Shown here piece by piece: positions 25,676 to 32,000 of a stretch of DNA of 32,000 nucleotides. A program made the translations under genes and the position numbers. This DNA comes from Spirochaetes bacterium GWF1_51_8 (GTDB taxonomy: Bacteria > Spirochaetota > Brevinematia > Brevinematales > GWF1-51-8), in the NCBI GenBank assembly GCA_001829415.1, contig MIBE01000054.1, positions 25,003 to 57,002 of the forward strand, given 5' to 3'. The notes beneath the pieces are model-generated. The model did no database searches and was not told where the DNA came from. It saw nothing but the letters and a program-made list of their open reading frames with translations. Each line of letters starts with the position of its first letter. The first letter of the stretch is position 1.

Positions 25676-26800
25676 TTACAGGCAGATAAAATCCCGATAA
25701 TTCTCGCGGGTGATAATCCTGATATCGGAGCCGGGATAGGCTTCCAGAAACACTCTCGGCGTCTTCAGCTTGTTTTGACCCCACTTGAATTCAAAGCCGG
25801 ACATCTTACCGTCCATTTCTTCAATATAATCGATTTCCTGCTGGGAGGTATTCCGCCAGAAGTAGTGATTACTCCAAATCCCGGAATACTCGTTGCGCTT
25901 TTTCCGTTCGGCGACAAGGAAGTTTTCCCACAATGCGCCCGTGTCTTGTCTCAGCGCTAACGGATTGAAGTTTTTGATGACCGCGTTCCGGATGCCGTTA
26001 TCGTAAAAATATATCTTACGCCCTTTTTTGATCTCATTGCGCATATTCCGTGACAGCGACGGCAGGCGGAAGATCACAAAGGCTTTTTCCAGAAGGTCGA
26101 TATATCGTTCGATAGTCTCCTTATCCGAACCGACAGTACGGCTGAGTTCGTTGTAGTTGACTTCGTTGCCCAGCTGAAGCGCAAGCGCGACTACCAGCTT
26201 TTCCAGTACGACCGGTTTTTTAATCTGCGCGAGCATGTACAGGTCTTTATACAAGTAGCTCTCGGATAAAAGGCGAAGTATTTCCTTTGCCTCGGATGGA
26301 TTGTTGACAACATCGGGATAGTATCCGAAAATCATCCTCTGTTCGAGCATTCTGTTTTCTTCAATATCCGAAGTGTATCCTCTCAGTTCTTCAAATGAGA
26401 GAGGATATAGATGATACTCATATTTTCTTCCGGTGAGCGGTTCTTTGATGTTTCCGCTAAGCTCCAATGCCGACGATCCGGTGACGAGGATTTGGATACC
26501 CTGAATACTATCCGCCATCAGTTTGATAGTCAGTCCGATCTCGTCGATTCTCTGCGCTTCATCGATAACGACTATCTTTTTATTACCGATAATACCCTTC
26601 AATGCGGTAGAAGTCGGGCGCGCAAGAATTTCACGGATATCCGACTCGTCGCCGTTAAGCCAAAGAGTATTTTCTTTTTGGTTGTCGGTTATTTGGTGCA
26701 GAAGGGTGGTTTTTCCTGTTTGACGCGGCCCGATGATGAGAATAACCTTCCCTTTAAAGAAATTTCCGAGTATTTTTTGTGAAATTATCCTGTTTATCAT
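25676..26800 (-). CDS. AAA+ ATPase of the AAA_14/DUF4143 type
   Basis: 374 aa. Walker A GPRQTGKTTLL, Walker B VVIDEAQ. The C-terminal half has the DUF4143-like pattern (YFYDNGIRNA...). Confidence 0.85.
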   Translation of the reverse strand: MINRIISQKILGNFFKGKVILIIGPRQTGKTTLLHQITDNQKENTLWLNGDESDIREILARPTSTALKGIIGNKKIVVIDEAQRIDEIGLTIKLMADSIQGIQILVTGSSALELSGNIKEPLTGRKYEYHLYPLSFEELRGYTSDIEENRMLEQRMIFGYYPDVVNNPSEAKEILRLLSESYLYKDLYMLAQIKKPVVLEKLVVALALQLGNEVNYNELSRTVGSDKETIERYIDLLEKAFVIFRLPSLSRNMRNEIKKGRKIYFYDNGIRNAVIKNFNPLALRQDTGALWENFLVAERKKRNEYSGIWSNHYFWRNTSQQEIDYIEEMDGKMSGFEFKWGQNKLKTPRVFLEAYPGSDIRIITRENYRDFICL

Positions 26801-26838
26801 AGGAATAGTCTATTGTAACCGCAAAATAATGTCAATAA

Positions 26839-26856
26839 TTTCGGTTTAAACCGAAA
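26839..26856. promoter_or_regulatory. 18-bp perfect palindrome upstream of the ATPase gene (candidate operator)
   Basis: tttcggtttaaaccgaaa lies 39 nt upstream of the ATG at 26800. An extra half-site ttcggttt is at 26873-26880. Confidence 0.4.
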
Positions 26857-26932
26857 ATAATAGCGATAATATTCGGTTTCAAATCTTCGTCGGACACTAT
26901 TCTACTCGTCATCCTCCAGCTCTTCGCGGGGT

Positions 26933-28105
26933 CTATGTACTTGCCTTTGCCAGCTTCACCTTCCGCTCCTTGACAAAATCCTCGAAACTCCTGATCTTGT
27001 AGCCCGGCCCGGAGCCTGCCTCGCCGCCGAAGCGAGCGGCGTTTTTGGGGTTACGGTACGCCTTGGCGCGGTAGAGAGCCTCTTCCGATGCGATCACGTC
27101 GGAGGGGGGTTTTTGGCCGGGTTTGCAGACCGGATACGTGCGCTTCATGTTCTCGATGCTCCCGTCGCTGAACCAGACCCGGCTTTCCGCCTGCTCGTGA
27201 AGCCAGATCGGATGAGTCCAGATATCGTCCCAGCCGATCCCATGGTAGGCGCGCAGGATGCGTTCCCAGACCACCAGACGACCCGGGTTCTTTTCCTTGG
27301 TGCGGCGGATATTGTATTGCGTGATCGCGGGCGTGTCGCCTATCCAACGCTGGTCATACGGCGCGAACGAGCAATGCGCGTCGATCCAGTCGTGCACGAC
27401 GTCCAGGATGCGCGAATCCACAAGCCAGAGAATGGAGTCCCATTCGGCGATCCTCGGCGCGAACTCCCATTCGATACGCTGACGCGCGATCTCGAACCCC
27501 AAGTTGTCGGCTATCCCGCACCTGTTTTGCTTCGAGAGCTCTTCGTAAGTTTTCAGCTGTTTCTCGTACATCTCCGTGCGGAGTTTATCGCCCATTTCGC
27601 GCGCGCATTCGAGCTGAAACTCCAGCGCGGGGCGCTGTTCGCCGTTCTTCATCCGCTCGAAGACCAATTCCTCCTCGCACATCCGAAGGAAGACGGGATA
27701 CGTGACACCGGACTTGGCGATCTCCACCGCGCGTTTGACCGGCGGAACCAAATGCTCCATCTCGGGTTTATCCTTAAGATAATTGTAGCTCTTCTCGTAA
27801 GCGGCCAGCGACTGCCTGAGCATCTCATCGTCGTCCGGCGGCTTGGCGGAATTCGCGGCTTGCGCCGCGGCGCCCAACGCCCGGGAGTATGCGTTGCTGA
27901 ATGCCGTAAACAAGCCGTCGGTGGTCAGCTTAACCGAATACGAGCTCATGTCGTCCATCGATAGCGCCAGGCCTTCCATCTTCGCCATCACGCCCTTCAT
28001 TTCGTCCACGTCCTTGCCCGTCAGTTTTCGGTCGTCCACATCCTTGACCATGTTGCGGAACGGGTTAAGCATCGAATCAACCATGGATTTGTCGACCGGC
28101 ATCAT
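26933..28105 (-). CDS. hypothetical protein, 390 aa, no recognisable domain
   Basis: The ATG overlaps the upstream stop (ATGA at 28102-28105) and GGGAGG lies upstream. Soluble, Trp/His-rich C-terminal half (HDWIDAHCSF, HGIGWDDIWTHPIWLHEQ). Coding-like composition throughout. Confidence 0.75.
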   Translation of the reverse strand: MMPVDKSMVDSMLNPFRNMVKDVDDRKLTGKDVDEMKGVMAKMEGLALSMDDMSSYSVKLTTDGLFTAFSNAYSRALGAAAQAANSAKPPDDDEMLRQSLAAYEKSYNYLKDKPEMEHLVPPVKRAVEIAKSGVTYPVFLRMCEEELVFERMKNGEQRPALEFQLECAREMGDKLRTEMYEKQLKTYEELSKQNRCGIADNLGFEIARQRIEWEFAPRIAEWDSILWLVDSRILDVVHDWIDAHCSFAPYDQRWIGDTPAITQYNIRRTKEKNPGRLVVWERILRAYHGIGWDDIWTHPIWLHEQAESRVWFSDGSIENMKRTYPVCKPGQKPPSDVIASEEALYRAKAYRNPKNAARFGGEAGSGPGYKIRSFEDFVKERKVKLAKAST

Positions 28106-28764
28106 GCACCTCCCAGGTAACGCTTGTGTTCTTCGATACGCTGTTTGACCACGGCGTCGGGGGCAGGGATTTTACGCCGGTGACGGTCTTCCCAAACCAA
28201 GTCGTAGTTCATTTTCCAATTAGGGTCCCATTCGCGTGCGCGCGGAAGGGTGACTTCATTGAACAGCTTCCGGTGCTCGTTAATATCCTCCTGGGCGTGC
28301 TTGCGGCACTCGGACTTCCACGGTTCGCCGACTTGGATAGTGGTGTTCTCTTCCATATTCTCGAGCCAGGTGAAATCGAAATAGAGGTTGCCCGCGAAGC
28401 CGTCAACCGCCAGTTCGAGGTTCATCTTGGACATCAGATTGCTGACAGTCTCGGTCAGCTCGTACACGTTAGTGACTTTATCCGCCGCCTCGATAATCAG
28501 GCGGCTATACTTTGCCTTAATCGGCTCATTGATCTCCTCGTAGAACGCCAGACGCGCGGTCTCCTGATCCTTGACCAGCGCGATCGCGCACTTGAGTGGC
28601 AAGTCGCCCACCCGGGACTTGAAGTCCTCCAGCTTTTCGCACCCCTCGAACGCCGCCAGCATATTCAGCTCGGCCTGGTATGAAAACGGATACAGCGGGT
28701 TGTTTTCGTACTTCTTCACCCGTGCCCGGTAATAGGCAAGGTAATCGGCGTGGCGTTGGTCCAT
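28102..28764 (-). CDS. hypothetical protein, 220 aa, no recognisable domain
   Basis: Start placed at MDQRHADY (ATG 28764, with AAGGAGG 6 nt upstream) rather than the track start at 28806. Predicted soluble and helix-rich. Confidence 0.75.
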   Translation of the reverse strand: MDQRHADYLAYYRARVKKYENNPLYPFSYQAELNMLAAFEGCEKLEDFKSRVGDLPLKCAIALVKDQETARLAFYEEINEPIKAKYSRLIIEAADKVTNVYELTETVSNLMSKMNLELAVDGFAGNLYFDFTWLENMEENTTIQVGEPWKSECRKHAQEDINEHRKLFNEVTLPRAREWDPNWKMNYDLVWEDRHRRKIPAPDAVVKQRIEEHKRYLGGA

Positions 28765-28785
28765 GGTGAGCCTCCTTTGTTTATT

Positions 28786-28823
28786 ATGGTCACTTCTATA
28801 TACCAAGTTAAGGGAGTGACCAT
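28786..28823 (-). promoter_or_regulatory. leader hairpin 2 of the unknown operon
   Basis: atggtcact (28786-28794) and agtgaccat (28815-28823): 9-bp stem and 20-nt loop, ending 9 nt from the SD sequence. Confidence 0.5.
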
Positions 28824-28832
28824 TGGGCGTTT

Positions 28833-28882
28833 CATTACAAATAATAACTCGATTTGTTTAAAAAACGAGGTTATTTGTAATG
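28833..28882. promoter_or_regulatory. long inverted repeat at the predicted transcription start of the unknown operon (operator or leader hairpin 1)
   Basis: cattacaaataa (28833-28844) and ttatttgtaatg (28871-28882) are perfect 12-bp arms. They extend imperfectly inward (taactcg / cgaggtta). Confidence 0.6.
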
Positions 28883-28887
28883 CCCTT

Positions 28888-28916
28888 ATGCTAAAGAGGA
28901 TAAAACATATTGTCAA
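28888..28916 (-). promoter_or_regulatory. candidate sigma70 promoter of the 28764->26933 operon
   Basis: On the minus strand: TTGACA (28916-28911), 17-nt spacer, TAGCAT (28893-28888). Confidence 0.45.
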
Positions 28917-28998
28917 GGGTTAAATTCTTCCTTCGAAAGAAAGATATCGACGGGTTTTACCGAAAACCGCGGCCGAGAAATATATTTAACATAGTACC

Positions 28999-29027
28999 TT
29001 GACAGTCATAGTATTTTATGGTATAAT
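28999..29027 (+). promoter_or_regulatory. consensus sigma70 promoter of padR operon
   Basis: TTGACA (28999-29004), 17-nt spacer, TATAAT (29022-29027), 16 nt before the ATG at 29044. Confidence 0.65.
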
Positions 29028-29043
29028 ATACAGAGGTGTTAAG

Positions 29044-29385
29044 ATGAATGAAAAAATAAATGAAACCATGATGTCATCGGATCTTTTACGGGGGCATACC
29101 GACACGATGATCTTGAAGCTTTTGCTGGAAAACGACAGGTATGGATACGAAATCGTGAAATTGATCGGCCGGAATTCGGGCGGTGAGTACGAGCTGAAGG
29201 AAGCGACCATGTATTCCAGCCTCAAACGTCTCGAGACTAACAGCGACATTTCATGGTACTGGGGCGATGAAACGCAGGGAGGCAGACGAAAGTACTATAA
29301 GATTACAGCTAAAGGTAAAACTGTCTATTCACAGAACAAACAGAACTGGGAGTTCGCGAAGCGGATCCTGGATAATCTATTATAG
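29044..29385 (+). CDS. PadR-family transcriptional regulator
   Basis: LLRGHTDTMILKLLLENDRYGYEIVKLI...YELKEATMYSSLKRLE...GGRRKYYKITAKGK is the canonical PadR winged HTH. Start placed at the ATG at 29044. Confidence 0.9.
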   Translation: MNEKINETMMSSDLLRGHTDTMILKLLLENDRYGYEIVKLIGRNSGGEYELKEATMYSSLKRLETNSDISWYWGDETQGGRRKYYKITAKGKTVYSQNKQNWEFAKRILDNLL

Positions 29386-29397
29386 GAGGAAATTGAA

Positions 29398-30264
29398 ATG
29401 AAGGAAAGAATAAGCAGCTATGTCGATGAGGTTTTTGCGCCCTATGAAAATGTAAAAAGCGTGGATGAGTTAAAGGCCGAGTTGCTGGCGGATTTGCAGG
29501 AACGTTATTCGGAATTGAAAGAGGAGGGTAACGATGACGAGACCGCATTGTCCAAGACTATCGAGTCGGTCGGCGATATCGAAGAAATAGTCCGGGAGCT
29601 CACCGTCTTATCGTCGTCTTTGGAACGTCATGTACTGACCGACTTCAGCGGGAGTAATCTGGATCATTCCGATTTTAAGGGCGTCACGGTAAAAAGCGGA
29701 AAATTCGACGCGAGCGTCCTGCGGGGATCGGACTTTTCAGGCGCGGAACTGACCGGCAGTTCGTTCAAAGCCAGCGATATGCGTGAAGCCGATTTTGACA
29801 ACGCGAATCTGACCGATTGCAGTTTCTCCACCCTCGACCTGACCGATGCGAGTTTTAACAAATCCATTCTTGTGCGTTCCGAGTTCAGCATGTCGGGAAT
29901 GGACGGCGCGAAATTCACCGATGTTAAACTGATCGACGTAAAACTGAATATGACCGACCTGAGAAAGACGATATTCGAAAGGTGTATCTTCAGCGGGGTT
30001 GTCTTCAAGTTCTGCGACCTTCGGGGATTAAGCGTGGACGGACTGACGTTTATCGGCGTGAGGTTCGACAGATCGTCACTGAACGATGTTTCGTTCAAGG
30101 GCGCGACACTTAAAAATGTATCTTTCACCCCGGCATTCGCCCTGACAAACAAATTTTACCGGGCAGTCAAATCCATCTGCTTCGACGGCGCGTTAATGGA
30201 TAAGCTAACCTACGCCGCCTTGAGAGGGATGGAGGCAGACCTTTCGAAGGTGACGGTCATTTAA
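29398..30264 (+). CDS. DUF1700-like N-terminal domain fused to a pentapeptide-repeat domain
   Basis: AGGAGGA upstream. The N-terminus (ISSYVDEVFAPYEN...ELKAELLADLQERYSELKEEG) resembles PadR-associated DUF1700. From about aa 80 there are consecutive A(D/N)LxF-type pentapeptide repeats (SDFKGVTVKSGKFDASVLRGSDFSGAELTGSSFKASDMREADFDNANLTDCSF...). Confidence 0.85.
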   Translation: MKERISSYVDEVFAPYENVKSVDELKAELLADLQERYSELKEEGNDDETALSKTIESVGDIEEIVRELTVLSSSLERHVLTDFSGSNLDHSDFKGVTVKSGKFDASVLRGSDFSGAELTGSSFKASDMREADFDNANLTDCSFSTLDLTDASFNKSILVRSEFSMSGMDGAKFTDVKLIDVKLNMTDLRKTIFERCIFSGVVFKFCDLRGLSVDGLTFIGVRFDRSSLNDVSFKGATLKNVSFTPAFALTNKFYRAVKSICFDGALMDKLTYAALRGMEADLSKVTVI

Positions 30265-30355
30265 GTAAACTAATCTTAGAATCTGAACCGTTCATCACTA
30301 ACCCCGATTTTACTCAATATGTAGCGATTTTTACTCGGGTGAAACCGGGGTTAGT
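30263..30355. repeat. left copy of a ~90-bp direct repeat with internal hairpin
   Basis: aagtaaactaatcttagaat...ccgttcatcac.aaccccgattttactca.tatgta... is shared with 31146-31235. Stem 30297-30315 / 30337-30355 spans 19 positions: 16 Watson-Crick pairs, 2 G.T pairs and 1 A.C mismatch. The stem ends are actaac / gttagt. Confidence 0.85.
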
Positions 30356-30426
30356 ATATTCATATGGAATGCTTTATTTTTTATCAATATGGGATTATAA
30401 TCAATTATAAAATTTAGGAAGAATTT

Positions 30427-30849
30427 ATGAAATTAGATACATCCAGTCTCTCAAACGCAATTAATTCTCTGGAAAAAGCTATCAATTACTCAAAAGAGCA
30501 TTTTGCTTCTCACCCTAATGATGGTATTGGATTGGAAGTTATTCGAGCCGGAGTCATTCAGAACTTCGAGTTCACATACGAAATCTGTTGGAAAATGATA
30601 AAACGCTGGTTGGATAATAACTATAGTGAATCATATACAATCGGTTTTTCAAGGAGACAGATATTTAGGGCTGGAGCTGAGAATTTATTGATTAAAGATT
30701 TCGAACTATGGCTGACTTTTCATGAATTAAGAAACAAAACTTCTCATACCTACGATCCGGAAATCGCCGAAGAAATCTATAATCAAGCTGAAAATTTTCT
30801 AAGGGAAGCAGAACTATTATTGAGTTCACTTGAGGCACGAAATGATTGA
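30427..30849 (+). CDS. HEPN-domain protein, HI0074-like, putative toxin
   Basis: 140 aa. Rx4HxY motif RNKTSHTY. VIQNFEFTYEICWKMIKRWL is typical of the family. Confidence 0.85.
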   Translation: MKLDTSSLSNAINSLEKAINYSKEHFASHPNDGIGLEVIRAGVIQNFEFTYEICWKMIKRWLDNNYSESYTIGFSRRQIFRAGAENLLIKDFELWLTFHELRNKTSHTYDPEIAEEIYNQAENFLREAELLLSSLEARND

Positions 30850-31156
30850 TCTATCGGAAAAACATCTTCATATGGTAAAAAACATCTTGAAAATTTTTAT
30901 CCCGGATTCCGAAGTAAGAGTTTTCGGTTCACGTACCAATGGTAAATCGTGGGAATATTCCGATCTTGATATTGTGGTATATAGTAATGAAAAAACGGAC
31001 AATAATACTCTCTATCAATTAGTGGAGGCGTTTCAAGAATCCGACTTACCGTTCAGGGTTGACGTTTTGGATTATTGCACTCTCGATGAGAACTTTAAAA
31101 AGATCGTTGATGAAAAAAACGAGATTATTCAAGAGGGCAAGGTAAAAGTAAACTAA
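30842..31156 (+). CDS. minimal nucleotidyltransferase (MNT), putative antitoxin
   Basis: Start placed at the ATG at 30842 (ATGATTGA overlap with the HEPN stop, GAGG upstream); the track start at 30830 is TTG. Motif FGSRTNGKSWEYSDLDIVV. Confidence 0.85.
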   Translation: MIDLSEKHLHMVKNILKIFIPDSEVRVFGSRTNGKSWEYSDLDIVVYSNEKTDNNTLYQLVEAFQESDLPFRVDVLDYCTLDENFKKIVDEKNEIIQEGKVKVN

Positions 31157-31235
31157 TCTTAGAATATAAACCGTTCATCACGAACCCCGATTTTACTCAC
31201 TATGTATCGATATAATTCGAGTAAAACCGGGGCTA
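31146..31235. repeat. right copy of the ~90-bp direct repeat with internal hairpin
   Basis: Lies 883 bp from the left copy. The first ~65 nt are nearly identical and the distal part is more diverged. The stem ccccgattttactc (31185-31198) / gagtaaaaccgggg (31219-31232) has the same A.C mismatch. Confidence 0.85.
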
Positions 31236-31286
31236 TTATCGAAATCAACTCGATACTTACCTTTTAGTCATTGTCCTATTGCCAGG

Positions 31287-31799
31287 CTATTGAAGCAGCA
31301 TCACGCTTTGGGACGGATCGTTCGGCAGGTACTTGACTTTGATTTTGTTCCCCACCTGGATATTATACCTGATCACAAATTCGGAACTGAAATTATCAAT
31401 TTTCCGGACATGCTCGGTTCCGTTCATATCCAGATACTTGTACTCCACGATAGAATAGATCGGGTTTTTATTCACTAAAAGAGTATAGTTTTTATCGACA
31501 AAAGTAATAGTACCCTCTGTTTCGGTGCCGTACTGCAGGGCGGCCTTCATCATTTTATTCTGATTGCTGTCTTTCCCCATCCCGGCAAAACCGGCGATTA
31601 GAAATATCAGGCCCAATCCCCCCAGCAAACCCGGCACACCGTATCGAACAATCATATTCGCCAACTGTTCTGTTTCAGCGGAAACAGGCTGATAACCGGG
31701 CCCGTACACATTCAGCTTCGCTCCGTTGAGGCTGAAAAACACGATAAGCGCCACTCCGATCAAGATGATCCCGGTAAATAAAAAAATTCTGCCCTTCAT
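31287..31799 (-). CDS. DUF3592-like membrane protein
   Basis: Start placed at MKGRIFLF (ATG 31799, GGAGGTG upstream). Two TM helices, then a beta-rich domain ending VGNKIKVKYLPNDPSQSVML, as in DUF3592. Confidence 0.6.
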   Translation of the reverse strand: MKGRIFLFTGIILIGVALIVFFSLNGAKLNVYGPGYQPVSAETEQLANMIVRYGVPGLLGGLGLIFLIAGFAGMGKDSNQNKMMKAALQYGTETEGTITFVDKNYTLLVNKNPIYSIVEYKYLDMNGTEHVRKIDNFSSEFVIRYNIQVGNKIKVKYLPNDPSQSVMLLQ

Positions 31800-32000
31800 T
31801 CCACACCTCCATATATTGAGTGAACCCGTCATCTCGACTTATGTAAAATTCCAAATCGGACTTTTATCAAAATGATTATATCTAATAATGCCTAGAATAT
31901 CAATAGGTAGACTAAAATTTAATAAAATATTTGGTGGCGTAACAAACAAGAGACCTCCAGTCTAAACAAGCCTCAGATTGTATAGGAAGCTGAAAATATT

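Noticed and set aside
27113-27964. 283-aa + strand ORF opposite the 390-aa unknown gene (also 28126-28683 opposite the 220-aa gene)
   Set aside because: I considered these carefully because the minus-strand genes have no known domains. The minus-strand frames have strong SD sequences, ATGA coupling and a balanced amino-acid composition. The + frames are Arg/Pro/His-rich and lack SD sequences.
28716-28916. 66-aa minus-strand ORF (internal ATG at 28835: MKRPMVTPL...) in the leader of the unknown operon, as a possible upstream ORF
   Set aside because: No SD sequence precedes the ATG. It runs out of frame into the main gene, and the track start is a non-ATG codon inside the promoter.

Overview
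Mosaic bacterial window; the taxon cannot be identified from the sequence alone. It holds about 35 credible genes and no rRNA, tRNA or CRISPR. All functional calls come from motif recognition by eye, because no database search was possible.

GC-richer, core-like genes:
- An NtrC-type sigma54 activator.
- A 1345-aa cytoplasmic multi-PAS/GAF hybrid histidine kinase.
- A membrane class III nucleotide cyclase.
- An ABC-2 exporter (ATPase, two permeases and an untracked 43-aa TM ORF), followed by two paralogous secreted HExxH (peptidase-MA-like) proteins.

Embedded among these is a complete iteron-type plasmid replicon. It has a Rep_3-like initiator with a consensus sigma70 promoter and an inverted-repeat operator. 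It also has 9 tandem plus 2 isolated ~22-bp iterons, an AT-rich flank, and a parA/parG-like partition operon with upstream repeats.

Visibly AT-richer accessory insertions:
- Four toxin-antitoxin pairs: PIN plus a small partner, HicAB, and two HEPN->MNT pairs.
- Decayed IS5/IS1182-like and IS30-like transposase remnants.

Two of the TA pairs look like cassettes. Each is bracketed by hairpin-containing direct repeats (51 bp repeats 704 bp apart; ~90 bp repeats 883 bp apart).

The best candidate for an undescribed system is a translationally coupled pair of proteins with no recognisable domains (220 aa and 390 aa, 26933-28764). It has a structured leader and is divergent from a padR/pentapeptide operon. 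It is flanked by a DUF4143-type AAA ATPase and a TA cassette.
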